Virus record (IMG/VR): IMGVR_UViG_3300028045_000008
Coordinates: 50,372-114,371 of that record
Source of the DNA: a virus
Strand: one strand, 5' to 3'
Length of the DNA: 64,000 nucleotides
Of this stretch, positions 20,822-30,508 are shown piece after piece (within the stretch, counting starts at the first letter, position 1; every line of letters begins with the position of its first letter). Position numbers and translations under genes: made by a program. The notes below the pieces were generated by a model. It was not told the origin of the DNA. It ran no database searches and saw nothing but the letters and a program-made list of their open reading frames with translations.

Positions 20822-21161
20822 AAAGCCAATTATAGTAAGAAATAGCAGAATCCCAGCTTTGTTGAGTTGGGTGATCAAAATATATGCAATCACATTGTTT
20901 CCATTTGTTTTTATTCGAGACCACGGAGATGAGGTTACGATTACTCACGAAACAATCCACCATCATCAATACTTGGAAACTCTCGTTATAGGCTTCCCAA
21001 TTATCTATCTTGCTGATTGGCTCGTGGGCCTCATAAAATACCGTGATTCAGAGAAAGCATATTATCAGATTCGATTTGAACAAGAAGCCTACAACAATGA
21101 TCTTTACGAAGATTACTTAGAAAAAAGAAAGTTGTTTTCTTGGTTGAAATATAAAATTTAA
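20814..21161 (+). CDS. Small HExxH metalloprotease-like membrane protein
   Basis: AITLFPFVF, HETIH..Q, FEQEAY. Confidence 0.65.
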   Translation: MIKKPIIVRNSRIPALLSWVIKIYAITLFPFVFIRDHGDEVTITHETIHHHQYLETLVIGFPIIYLADWLVGLIKYRDSEKAYYQIRFEQEAYNNDLYEDYLEKRKLFSWLKYKI

Positions 21162-21180
21162 TTTATACAAGAGGTGAGAA

Positions 21181-22065
21181 ATATCTGCTTATCATCTATC
21201 GGGAATAGTTCCAGTTTCAGGTCAGCCACTTGATTTCAGGATGGATTGGCACGATTCGATGATGCCGATCGCCCCAGACTATCTGGCGGTCGAACGTGCT
21301 GTGTACGAGTGCGCCTGGGCTGGCTGCGAGACTATTTGGATTGTTTGTAACGATGATATGGCGCCGCTGATCCGCCACCGGCTGGGGGAGTGGATTCATG
21401 ATCCTGTTTGGATTGGGAGAAGGCTCGATCCATATCCCTCCCAGACAAGAAAGCAAATTCCAATATTTTACGTGCCAGTCCGTGCAAAAGATATTGGAAA
21501 GAGGGATTGCTTGGCTTGGAGTGTTTTGCACGGCGCTGTCACTGCTTTCGAAATCTCTGCTCGCTTGAGCAAATGGGTGATACCAACAAGAAACTATGTT
21601 GCTTTCCCTTACGGAGTTTATAATCCGGAGATCCTCCGAGAACACAGAAAAAATATCTCCAGTGCCAGACCGTTCATGCTAGCCCGCAATGGCAAGACCG
21701 TTCAGGATGGAGAATATCTCGGTTTTACCTTTGATAAAGACGATTTTGTGGCATCGCGCCGAAAGATTCGCGAGGGCACAGGGAAATATAATTCCAAAGT
21801 TCTAGAAGACGGCTTATATCCCAGGGAGAAGCTGCCAAAAGAAGAAAGATACTCTGCGCGCTATTTTTCCCTTGACAAAATCTTCAAATCTGTTATAATA
21901 GATATAGAAAACAAAGTAGAAGTCCCATGGTATCACAACATAGATTCTTGGGATGGTTATTGCAATTACTTGGGATCAGAAGAGCGAAAGCTGGTTGAAA
22001 GACCTCACCCAATCTTTATGAAATACCACGAATGGAATGAAATAGGAGTTGATGATGAAAGCTGA
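21181..22065 (+). CDS. Sugar-nucleotidyltransferase-fold protein (possible ATA start at 21181; first ATG 21241)
   Basis: In-frame upstream extension GIVPVSG resembles the GIILAAG loop; ERAVYECAWAGCETIWIV. Confidence 0.55.
   Translation: MSAYHLSGIVPVSGQPLDFRMDWHDSMMPIAPDYLAVERAVYECAWAGCETIWIVCNDDMAPLIRHRLGEWIHDPVWIGRRLDPYPSQTRKQIPIFYVPVRAKDIGKRDCLAWSVLHGAVTAFEISARLSKWVIPTRNYVAFPYGVYNPEILREHRKNISSARPFMLARNGKTVQDGEYLGFTFDKDDFVASRRKIREGTGKYNSKVLEDGLYPREKLPKEERYSARYFSLDKIFKSVIIDIENKVEVPWYHNIDSWDGYCNYLGSEERKLVERPHPIFMKYHEWNEIGVDDES
21872..21899 (+). promoter_or_regulatory. sigma70-type promoter inside CDS
   Basis: TTGACA-16-TG-N-TATAAT. Confidence 0.55.
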
Positions 22066-22619
22066 GAATTTGAGGGAAGCCAGGCAGATAGAGCAATATG
22101 GGCTCACTGGAGATCCAAAAGAGGGCCGCGGCGCCTGTTGGCTCCCAGACGCCGCATTCTTGGGTGGCGAACCCATAGAGCTTAAGACGGGCCAAAGAAG
22201 GCGCCGCAAGGATGGCTCATGGGGGTCAGGCCAATTCTCTACAACCAGAAATTATACCTTGAGGTGCCTCAATTCGAATGCATATGCCAAAAATGTACAT
22301 TGGGTGCTGACATATTATGATAAAAATAATGACAGCCAGTTCTATGAGCATTGGTATTGCGCACCAGGCTGGCTTGAGGGATGGCAAAAACAACAACAGT
22401 TCAAATTAATGTACGGTAAAGAGACTCGTCTGAAAGAACTGCTGCATGCTGCAGGCCCAACTGACCTACGCGACATTCTTATTAGGAAAATTCACCTGAA
22501 TGATCCAAAGATTTCCTCGACATACATCGAGAATAATCCCCTGTGCGTTCAATTCGATGGCACACCAGAGGGATTATTGGAAGCGAAAGAAAAACTAGAA
22601 ATAGGAGTAGATGATGAAA
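22039..22619 (+). repeat. 22-bp direct repeat flanking a nuclease gene
   Basis: GAAATAGGAGTTGATGATGAAA (22039-22060) and GAAATAGGAGTAGATGATGAAA (22598-22619). Confidence 0.85.
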
Positions 22620-22630
22620 CTAATGAGTAA
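22052..22630 (+). CDS. PD-(D/E)xK nuclease-like protein
   Basis: E..Q..YGL, PDA...IELKT catalytic-like motif. Confidence 0.55.
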   Translation: MMKAENLREARQIEQYGLTGDPKEGRGACWLPDAAFLGGEPIELKTGQRRRRKDGSWGSGQFSTTRNYTLRCLNSNAYAKNVHWVLTYYDKNNDSQFYEHWYCAPGWLEGWQKQQQFKLMYGKETRLKELLHAAGPTDLRDILIRKIHLNDPKISSTYIENNPLCVQFDGTPEGLLEAKEKLEIGVDDETNE

Positions 22631-22799
22631 CACAAAAAAGCAGTTGGTGATTTTGCTAGAGGGGCATCAGCACAAGCTGTCGACTATTCAGATGTCCGCA
22701 GGGCGCTTGCGAAAAGAGATTTTTGATTTGAATCTTGACGCGGAAACACGACAAAAAGTCATTGCCAAGATTGATAAACATATTGACAATTTAGCTTAG
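22611..22799 (+). CDS. Hypothetical protein
   Basis: 62 aa with RBS AGGAG. Confidence 0.55.
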   Translation: MMKLMSNTKKQLVILLEGHQHKLSTIQMSAGRLRKEIFDLNLDAETRQKVIAKIDKHIDNLA

Positions 22800-22808
22800 G
22801 GAATATCA

Positions 22809-25800
22809 ATGAAAAAAAAGAACACCACTATTCCGTTTGTGGGTCTTCATGCGCATTCCGTAGCTGGATCCATTTTCGATGCCCTGGGATATCCCCAAGA
22901 ACATATGGACTTTGCCTATGAAAATGGTATGGATGCCTTGGCCCTCACGGATCATGGAAATTTAAATGGCCTTCCCCACCAAGTGCTTCACGCCAAAAAG
23001 ATGAAGGACGCTGGAAAAGAATTCAAGCCTATTTTCGGAGTAGAGGCGTATTTCCTTCCTTCCCTGGATGAGTGGAGGGAGGATTACGAGAAGGCCAAAG
23101 AGGATAAGAAGAAGAGGAAGACACTGAGTAAAGATGTCACTGCTACGACAGTGGAAGACGAGGAAGCCTCAAAGAAGAGTGTAAGAAACATTCTTAATCG
23201 CCGCCGCCATCTCATTCTGTTGGCACAAGACCAGGAGGGCTTGAATAACCTTTTCGCAATGATCTCAGAATCCTTTGGTCCGGATAATTATTATCGCTAC
23301 CCTCGTGTCGATTACAAGACTCTAAAAAAGTATTCTAAGGGCGTCATAGGCGCATCTGCTTGTCTGGGTGGTGTGTATGCTGGTAACTACTGGGAAAACC
23401 GCGAGGAAGGCGAGTTAGCGGTCCTTAGCGCCATGCGTGAGACTACAAAACAAATGATTGATGTCTTCGGTGACCGCTGGTATGGCGAACTTCAATGGAA
23501 CAATATTCCAGAGCAGCACGAACTTAATAAATACATTATCAAAATGCATGAAGAGTTTGGGATTGAATTAGTCTCGACCTCCGACTCCCACTACCCAAAC
23601 CCAAATGCTTGGAGAGACCGGGAGCTTTATAAAAAACTTGGCTGGCTTGGCAAGCCCCGCCCAGGTTATGAGAGTTCTGAGCTTCCGTCAGGAGTCGAGG
23701 AGATTGGTTATGAGCTTTATCCCCGCAATGGCAATCAGATGTGGGAGGCATACAAGAAATATTCAGAATCCTGCGGCGTTGAATACGATGACGATTTGGT
23801 GATGAATTCAATTACCAATACATATCGTATCGCCCATGAAAGAATCGAAGACTTCCTCCCAGATAATACAGTTCGACTTCCAGACTTTGTTATTCCCGCG
23901 GGAGAGACAGCAGACTCAGCCCTCGAAAAATTCTGTATCGAGGGCCTCCGAGGCCTAGGACTACACATTAAAGAGGAATATACTGACCGCTTGCGCATGG
24001 AGCTTGAGGTCATCTCTGATAGGGGTTTCTCCAAATATTTCTTGACGATGAATCAGGTTAGCCAGAAGGCAAATGAAGTGATGCTCGCTGGCCCAGGCAG
24101 AGGTTCTGCTGCAGGCTCCCTTGTTGCGTATGCTCTGAATATTACGCAGGTCGACCCACTCAAATACGGCCTACAGTTCTCTCGATTCATGCGGTCAGAC
24201 GCGACCGACTATCCCGATATCGATTACGATGTGGCAGATAGTATGGGATTGAAGGAGATACTGATTAGAGAGTGGGGAGAGGATAAAGTTGCTCCAATCT
24301 CAAACTGGAACACTCTCCAGCTTAAGAGTCTTATCAAGGATATCTCCAAATTTTATGGGATATCTTTTAGCGAAGTAAATGATGTGACATCTGTCATGAT
24401 GACTGAGGCCATCGGCCCAGCTAAAATGAAACACGGCATCAAGACTGGGATTTACAATCCAACCTTCGAAGAGGTGATGGAATTCAGTAGCACGCTCAAG
24501 GGCTTCTTGAGCCGATATCCACACGTAAAGACCCACGTTGAGGTTCTTTATGGTCAGGTCCGATCCTGTTCCCGTCATGCAGGCGGCATCGTGATCGGGG
24601 AAGATCTGAATAGCAGGATGCCACTCATTAACTCTGGGGGTGTCCGACAAACCCCATGGTCTGAGGGGCAAAACGTTCGCCACTTGGAGCCCATGGGCTT
24701 CATCAAATTTGATGTTCTTGGGCTTTCTACTCTTAAGATGATTGACGGAGCGATCTATCATATTCTCCGACGCCATCATGGCATTGAGAATCCAACATTC
24801 GAGGACATTAAAAGCTTCTATGATAAGAACTTGCATCCGGACGTGATGGATTTCAGCGATCAGAAGGTGTATAAGAACATATTCCATGCTGGGAAGTGGG
24901 CAGGAGTCTTCCAGTTCACTGAAGCTGGAGCCCAGAGATTCTGCCAACAAGCGAAACCGACAAACTTGATTGACCTCGCAGCTATTACTTCCATCTACCG
25001 CCCCGGCCCACTAGGCGCCAATGTTCACAACGATTACGTTGAGGCTAGAAATAATCCACATCGAATAAATTTCTTCAATGACGAGCATCGCTCCGTGACG
25101 GAGGAGACATTCGGATTCCTAATCTTTCAAGAGCAGATTGCAGAATTGGCACATCGGCTTGGAAAAGATTTATCTCTCGATGAGGGGAATGCACTGCGCA
25201 AGGTCTTGACGAAGAAAGGGACAGGAAAGGAGGCTCAAGTTAAGAAGGTCTTGCGATCAAAATTCCTGGATGGGTGTGAAGAGCGAGGTTTACAGAGCGG
25301 GACTGGTGAGGGACTTTGGAAAACATTCGAATACTTTTCTGGCTATGGTTTCAATAAATCTCACGCCGTATCATATTGCATCATTTCATTCCAGTGTGCA
25401 TGGTTACTTAACTATTATCAGGTGGAGTGGCTCGCAGCTTTTCTGGATAAAGAGCCAGAGACTCGAAAAGAGAGGGCTATCAATGTGGCCAAGTCTTTCG
25501 GCCTTGAAATCAAGAGCCTCAATGTTAACTCATCCGGCCGGGTGTGGGAAATTTCCGATGATGGGAAAACCCTGATCCAGCCACTGTCCTCAATCAAGGG
25601 CCTGGGAGATGCTGCTATTGATCAGATAACCCTCAATCGCCCGTTTAATACCGTGGAAGAGTTCCTGTTCAATGAGAGCATTACTTATTCTAAATTGAAC
25701 AAAAAGAGTCTTGACGTGCTCTGTCGTAGTGGGGCCTTGGACTGCCTCGTCGACAAGAGGTTTACTGGCGCCAAACACTTTTGGACGGCAATCTGCATTG

Positions 25801-26246
25801 ATCGCCCACGAAAGGAAAAGAATCTGATAGAGAACATTGAGAATCCAGTCTATTCTGAAGAAGGTGATTTTTCTGACGAGGAGAAGATAGGATACTTGGT
25901 ACAGTTGACTGGGGTATTTCCTTTCAACAAAGTCATGAAACCAGAAATATACAAACAATTAAATGAAGCTTTTATTCCGCCCATCGCGAATTACGATCCA
26001 GAGCTTTGCGAAGTGGTGTGGTTTATTCCCCGAACAGTGACAACGAAGAGGACAAAAAATGGAAAGCCGTATTGGATCCTTGAAGTTGTCGATGACACGA
26101 ACACCCTAACTCGCATTCGATGTTGGGGAGTACAGCAGTATGATAGGATTCATATCAATAAGCCATACATGGCAAAATTAGAGTATAACGAGAAGTGGGG
26201 TTTCTCGACTCGAAGCCTTCGAAGAAATTTTAGAGTTTTAGCTTGA
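22809..26246 (+). CDS. dnaE: DNA polymerase III alpha subunit
   Basis: PHP motifs HAHS, LTDHG, GVEAY, DSHY; GPGRGSAAGSL, PDIDYD, HAGGIV, KFDVLGL, YGFNKSH; OB fold at C-terminus. Confidence 0.95.
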   Translation: MKKKNTTIPFVGLHAHSVAGSIFDALGYPQEHMDFAYENGMDALALTDHGNLNGLPHQVLHAKKMKDAGKEFKPIFGVEAYFLPSLDEWREDYEKAKEDKKKRKTLSKDVTATTVEDEEASKKSVRNILNRRRHLILLAQDQEGLNNLFAMISESFGPDNYYRYPRVDYKTLKKYSKGVIGASACLGGVYAGNYWENREEGELAVLSAMRETTKQMIDVFGDRWYGELQWNNIPEQHELNKYIIKMHEEFGIELVSTSDSHYPNPNAWRDRELYKKLGWLGKPRPGYESSELPSGVEEIGYELYPRNGNQMWEAYKKYSESCGVEYDDDLVMNSITNTYRIAHERIEDFLPDNTVRLPDFVIPAGETADSALEKFCIEGLRGLGLHIKEEYTDRLRMELEVISDRGFSKYFLTMNQVSQKANEVMLAGPGRGSAAGSLVAYALNITQVDPLKYGLQFSRFMRSDATDYPDIDYDVADSMGLKEILIREWGEDKVAPISNWNTLQLKSLIKDISKFYGISFSEVNDVTSVMMTEAIGPAKMKHGIKTGIYNPTFEEVMEFSSTLKGFLSRYPHVKTHVEVLYGQVRSCSRHAGGIVIGEDLNSRMPLINSGGVRQTPWSEGQNVRHLEPMGFIKFDVLGLSTLKMIDGAIYHILRRHHGIENPTFEDIKSFYDKNLHPDVMDFSDQKVYKNIFHAGKWAGVFQFTEAGAQRFCQQAKPTNLIDLAAITSIYRPGPLGANVHNDYVEARNNPHRINFFNDEHRSVTEETFGFLIFQEQIAELAHRLGKDLSLDEGNALRKVLTKKGTGKEAQVKKVLRSKFLDGCEERGLQSGTGEGLWKTFEYFSGYGFNKSHAVSYCIISFQCAWLLNYYQVEWLAAFLDKEPETRKERAINVAKSFGLEIKSLNVNSSGRVWEISDDGKTLIQPLSSIKGLGDAAIDQITLNRPFNTVEEFLFNESITYSKLNKKSLDVLCRSGALDCLVDKRFTGAKHFWTAICIDRPRKEKNLIENIENPVYSEEGDFSDEEKIGYLVQLTGVFPFNKVMKPEIYKQLNEAFIPPIANYDPELCEVVWFIPRTVTTKRTKNGKPYWILEVVDDTNTLTRIRCWGVQQYDRIHINKPYMAKLEYNEKWGFSTRSLRRNFRVLA

Positions 26247-26271
26247 CACGATAAGGGATGTGTGATATATT
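26243..26271 (+). promoter_or_regulatory. sigma70-type promoter
   Basis: TTGACA-17-TG-N-TATATT overlapping dnaE stop. Confidence 0.7.
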
Positions 26272-26296
26272 AATAGAGTATACAGAGGAGAGTGTA

Positions 26297-26482
26297 ATGA
26301 AATTTACGAACGTAATTACTAAGATTGAGTTTAGTCAAGAAGACATCCGAACCGCGCTAGCCGATTATGTGGATTTGAACCATCATCGCCCTGGTTTGGC
26401 AGATAGTATTCGCAAGAATAAATTTAAAGTCACAGAGTCTCCAAACGGAAACTTTAGTATCAAAGTACTCTCTGTAAAATAA
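26297..26482 (+). CDS. Hypothetical protein
   Basis: RBS GAGGAG before ATG 26297. Confidence 0.6.
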   Translation: MKFTNVITKIEFSQEDIRTALADYVDLNHHRPGLADSIRKNKFKVTESPNGNFSIKVLSVK

Positions 26483-26502
26483 GTTTTTAATTTGGAGTTT
26501 AG

Positions 26503-27504
26503 ATGTTACAAATCGACATTATTTTGGGAGTGCAGCATGGTGACGAAGGAAAAGGAAAGGTCACCCATCACTTATTGAACGGGGGAGATTATACTCACTG
26601 TATTCGCTACAATGGAGGCTGCAACGCTGGTCACACAATCTATCATAACGGGAAAAAGTTCGTCACACACCATATTCCGGCCGGCGTCTTCTTTGGAGTA
26701 AAAAGTATAATTGGCCCAGGATGTATCGTTGATATTGATAAATTCTTTGAAGAGATCCAGATGCTGAGGGATGGCGGAATCGACGTCGATAGCAAAATAT
26801 TTATTGCTAAAAATGCACACGTCATACAGGGGAAGCACACCGACGCTGACGCGAATGAGATTCGCCTAGGCACCACCAGGACGGGCAATGGTCCGTGCTA
26901 TAGCGATAAGTATGCCAGGGTTGGTTCGCGCGCAGAATCGTTTGCTCGCCTTGTGCCTTACCTCGTCGATATGTACGAGGAATTTTATATTGCGAACAGT
27001 AACGCTACAGTTTTGTGCGAAGGGGCCCAGGGCTTCGCTCTCGACGTCGATTGGGGAGACTATCCGTATGTCACCAGCAGCCATTGTACTACAGCCGGAG
27101 CCCTCCTGAACGGTTTCCCTCCCAAGTCAATACGGAGTGTTTATGGTGTTGCAAAAGTATACGAAACTTATGTCGGTTCAAAGAATTTCCAGCCAAGCAG
27201 AGAGGTATTCGAAAAGATTCAGGCTGTCGGTAAAGAATATGGAGCCACTACTGGCCGAAGACGCCAATGTAACTGGATGAATTTGAGCACCCTAAACCGA
27301 GCCTTGAAGATAAACGGAGTGGATCACCTAATAATCAACAAACTTGATGTGTTAGAGGAGGTCGGAGAATGGGCCGTAGAAATCGGATATCCGGAAAACA
27401 GTTCTATGTTATCTTTCTGTAACAAAGATCAGTTCTGTGATTACATTACTCGATATTTTGACGGAGTGGATATTACTTTTTCCTCAAGTCCGGAGAGAAT
27501 CTGA
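26503..27504 (+). CDS. purA: Adenylosuccinate synthetase (short form)
   Basis: GDEGKGK, GGCNAGHT, GTTRTGNGP, EGAQG, YPYVTSS, GATTGRRR, KLDVL. Confidence 0.95.
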   Translation: MLQIDIILGVQHGDEGKGKVTHHLLNGGDYTHCIRYNGGCNAGHTIYHNGKKFVTHHIPAGVFFGVKSIIGPGCIVDIDKFFEEIQMLRDGGIDVDSKIFIAKNAHVIQGKHTDADANEIRLGTTRTGNGPCYSDKYARVGSRAESFARLVPYLVDMYEEFYIANSNATVLCEGAQGFALDVDWGDYPYVTSSHCTTAGALLNGFPPKSIRSVYGVAKVYETYVGSKNFQPSREVFEKIQAVGKEYGATTGRRRQCNWMNLSTLNRALKINGVDHLIINKLDVLEEVGEWAVEIGYPENSSMLSFCNKDQFCDYITRYFDGVDITFSSSPERI

Positions 27505-27744
27505 GTGAGGGTAAAATATCCGACACTCGATCTCCATGGCGAAGAACACGACCGTGCGGACTTCTTGATTGAAAAGTTTATCACAGACAATATCGATGAA
27601 CTTCCGCTGAAAGTCATCACTGGATATTCTGAGTTTTTTATCGATAAGACAAAAGAAATTGTCAAGAAGCTAAATCTTTTCTGCTACAAAGAGAATTATA
27701 CAAATGATGGTTGTTGGATTATTCTTCGTAGTCCATGGTTTTGA
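27505..27744 (+). CDS. Smr-domain protein
   Basis: TLDLHG...KVITG...N.G. Confidence 0.7.
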   Translation: MRVKYPTLDLHGEEHDRADFLIEKFITDNIDELPLKVITGYSEFFIDKTKEIVKKLNLFCYKENYTNDGCWIILRSPWF

Positions 27745-27781
27745 GAGAGTGAGAAAATAATGATTATTGTTAATTTAAATC

Positions 27782-27810
27782 TTGACACATCATGCAGGGT
27801 ATGTTATATT
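27782..27810 (+). promoter_or_regulatory. sigma70-type promoter
   Basis: TTGACA-17-TG-N-TATATT. Confidence 0.7.
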
Positions 27811-27943
27811 ATAAGAACAAATGAGAGAGGTGACCAGAAACAGAGAAAACAAATGGGTAACAGTGTGATCCCAGGGTGAGTCCGATATCGGCTCCGAAAC
27901 AACACTAAAACAATATTAGTTATTTAAATAGGAGAAAGACAAT

Positions 27944-28882
27944 ATGTCTATTAAACTAAGTGGCCAGTTCGGCCAGCACCGCAAATCCAACTTGACATCG
28001 CAAATCTCTGGAGAACCTCCTGAGTATGGGATAGTATCTGTAGAAATTCAGGGGGATATCAATCGCGACACAAAAGCCAGCCTCATCAAGAAATATCTGA
28101 AGAATGGCTGGGACTGGAACAAGTTTGTCCCGATCAGTGTAGCTGTTTTCCCCGAAGAGCTAGATCTACCTGATCGCCTGCTTGACGGTGACCACCGAAG
28201 ACACATGTTTAAGCTATGTTTTCAGAATGCTATTGAAATTCCAGCCCTATTCTACAAGCTCGGAAGCTTGGAAGAATACCATAAGTTATTTACTGAAATC
28301 AATCACCACAATCGAAAATCAGCCACAAAGGAGGAGGTTTTCGTGCATGAGTGGTACGCTGGAGATCAAAAGGCTAAAGAAGTCGTCAAACACCTAATTG
28401 CGTGTGGCGTGTGCGTGTATGGATCTATGGACCCTGGTGGCGTCATTGGCCTGGCGGGCTCCCCGGTAGTGAAAGTCGGCGGATTCAAGCGAGCATTAAA
28501 GCGTGGCCCCAAAAACGTCAAAATGGCAGCGGCGCTCATCAAGAGAACTTGGTCCCAAGACCTGGATTACATTCCAGCCGAACTACTGGAGGGCTTGGCC
28601 CTCCTCTTTGAGTTATACCCGTCCCTCAGTAGTTCTCGATCGGTAATTTCGGCGGACTTTGAAAGGTGGTTTACATCGTCTCAGGCGTATTGCGACCATA
28701 AGACCTGCGCCACCGACATGAAGACTCTAGGTGGTAATGTGGTCAATAAGGCCTCCGCATCAATCGCTTTGGGAATCGCTAAAAGGTACCGAAATTCTTC
28801 TTCTCGTCACCCGCAGGCTGCCTCGGCCGTCAACAAGAAACGTGCCATGAAGCTGTGTCTTATTCAAGAACTCTTGGACTAA
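27944..28882 (+). CDS. ParB/Srx-like N-terminal domain protein
   Basis: PISVA...LLDGDHRR, F..IN..R..T..E. Confidence 0.6.
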   Translation: MSIKLSGQFGQHRKSNLTSQISGEPPEYGIVSVEIQGDINRDTKASLIKKYLKNGWDWNKFVPISVAVFPEELDLPDRLLDGDHRRHMFKLCFQNAIEIPALFYKLGSLEEYHKLFTEINHHNRKSATKEEVFVHEWYAGDQKAKEVVKHLIACGVCVYGSMDPGGVIGLAGSPVVKVGGFKRALKRGPKNVKMAAALIKRTWSQDLDYIPAELLEGLALLFELYPSLSSSRSVISADFERWFTSSQAYCDHKTCATDMKTLGGNVVNKASASIALGIAKRYRNSSSRHPQAASAVNKKRAMKLCLIQELLD

Positions 28883-28908
28883 GGAGTGGCGCCTTTTTTG
28901 ACGCCTCC

Positions 28909-28942
28909 GACAGCGGGCTTTTAAGGCCCGCTGTCATTTTTT
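28909..28942 (+). terminator. Intrinsic terminator
   Basis: GACAGCGGGCT/GGCCCGCTGTC stem followed by ATTTTTT. Confidence 0.85.
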
Positions 28943-28944
28943 GC

Positions 28945-28973
28945 TTGACAAATGTTAGCAATCATGCTATATT
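28945..28973 (+). promoter_or_regulatory. sigma70-type promoter for nuclease-MTase pair
   Basis: TTGACA-17-TG-N-TATATT. Confidence 0.7.
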
Positions 28974-28996
28974 AGTATTATAACTTAGGAGAAAGT

Positions 28997-29479
28997 ATGG
29001 CTTCACGACACTTATCTAACCGAGAAAATTGGCAAGCGCGCGCTAATGTGGTAGGCAGCACCGGCGAGACAGCCTTTGCGAATGCTTTGGCAGCATACTT
29101 GCCATCAAAATATTCTGTAGAACTCAAACCCCCGAAATTAAAGGTGTATCCGCAAGGAAAAGGCGTCATCCTGGACTGTCGAGTAGTCAATCGAGAGACT
29201 GGAAAGTGTCTATATGTCGAGAAGAAAACCGGAAACAAGGGCGGAAACGCCCATGAGCGTGTTTATAAATTTCTCTCTCCAGCCTTGAAGCGCCTGGTGC
29301 GATCTAAATATAATACTGTATCCAATCCATTTTATCTGGTTTTTTCTGGAGACACCTTTCAGGGAGAAAAATATCAAAATGAATTCAAGTTGCTCCTCGA
29401 AGGAGAAAACTACGCCGTCATGGATCGTGATTTTGGGAATATCGAGAAAGTAGCAAAAGACATTATGGAGATTGTCTAA
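28997..29479 (+). CDS. MunI-like type II restriction endonuclease
   Basis: LSNRENWQ, D...VEKK, GNAHER.YK..P, PFYLVFSGD match remembered MunI motifs. Confidence 0.65.
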   Translation: MASRHLSNRENWQARANVVGSTGETAFANALAAYLPSKYSVELKPPKLKVYPQGKGVILDCRVVNRETGKCLYVEKKTGNKGGNAHERVYKFLSPALKRLVRSKYNTVSNPFYLVFSGDTFQGEKYQNEFKLLLEGENYAVMDRDFGNIEKVAKDIMEIV

Positions 29480-30468
29480 TGAAGCCACTGTTTATGTGGG
29501 CTGGAGGCAAGAAAAAGCTTCTCAAGAAATACGAACCACACTTGCCTGACAATTTCGAATCCTATCACGAACCTTTCTTTGGTGGTGGCGCGATGTTTGT
29601 TTGGGCTTATGACAAGAATCCTAATGCAAACTTCTATATCAACGATATCAACGAGCACATTATCAGTATTTACAGGGCAGTACGAGACGATGTGGAAATA
29701 TTCTGTGCGCATTTAGACGAGCTTCAAGGGGAGTATCTTGAACTGCCTGGCCCAAAAGAGCAGGGCGGAGAGACGAACAAGGCCCTGCAGAAAAAGTACG
29801 CTCGCCCAGATAAGGGGCGAGGCCGTAGAGACTGGGAGTCAATTTACAAAGAGCAAAAGTCTCGAAGGCATTATTATTTCAAAGTTCGAGACGAGTATGC
29901 TTGGGATCACAAGAAATTAACTCCAGTCAACGAAGCTGCCATGCTGTATTTTCTAATGAAGACTGGGTTTAACGGCGTCTGGCAACTGAACAAGAACACT
30001 AACGGCAGATTCGGCACACCTTGCGGCCTAATGAAACATACTGATAAGGTATACGACAAAGAGAATGTTATGGAGTGGCATGAGGCCCTTCAGAAATGTG
30101 AAATAACTTCTGGCGACTACAAGCAAACCTTGAAAGATGTTGGTCCTGGCTCCTATATCTTCTTGGATCCTCCGTATCGCGGAGGGTTTGCGGACTATGG
30201 AACAGAGAAAGATGACAACTTCCAACAAGAAGTGGTGAATTATCTCAATGCTGCAGCGGCCCGCGGGGCATACTGCATGTTATCCAATCGTGACATGGGT
30301 GATGGATTTTTCGAGGATCGAAAAGGAAACAATCAAATTGAATACTTTGATGTAACCTATACAGTTGGGCGAAGAAAGAAAGTAGGCGTGGATGAGAATG
30401 GAAAAGATATATTCGAGGCTGTAAAAGCAAAAGAAATTTTAATGATTGGACTTGACAAAGAAAGCTAA
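29479..30468 (+). CDS. Dam/D12-class N6-adenine DNA methyltransferase
   Basis: WAGGK, EPFFGGGA, INDIN, FNG, DPPY, MLSN. Confidence 0.9.
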   Translation: MKPLFMWAGGKKKLLKKYEPHLPDNFESYHEPFFGGGAMFVWAYDKNPNANFYINDINEHIISIYRAVRDDVEIFCAHLDELQGEYLELPGPKEQGGETNKALQKKYARPDKGRGRRDWESIYKEQKSRRHYYFKVRDEYAWDHKKLTPVNEAAMLYFLMKTGFNGVWQLNKNTNGRFGTPCGLMKHTDKVYDKENVMEWHEALQKCEITSGDYKQTLKDVGPGSYIFLDPPYRGGFADYGTEKDDNFQQEVVNYLNAAAARGAYCMLSNRDMGDGFFEDRKGNNQIEYFDVTYTVGRRKKVGVDENGKDIFEAVKAKEILMIGLDKES

Positions 30469-30480
30469 ACGTGTTATATT
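30452..30480 (+). promoter_or_regulatory. sigma70-type promoter
   Basis: TTGACA-17-TG-N-TATATT. Confidence 0.7.
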
Positions 30481-30508
30481 AATAATATAAACAAAACAGG
30501 AGTGTTAA

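Noticed and set aside
16467-26246. Introns or inteins in nrdJ and dnaE
   Set aside because: Both ORFs are continuous, of normal length, and show no intein or homing-endonuclease motifs.
27860-27906. Hammerhead ribozyme (…GTGAG-stem-CGAAAC)
   Set aside because: The CUGAUGA core is absent and stems I and III are not convincing.
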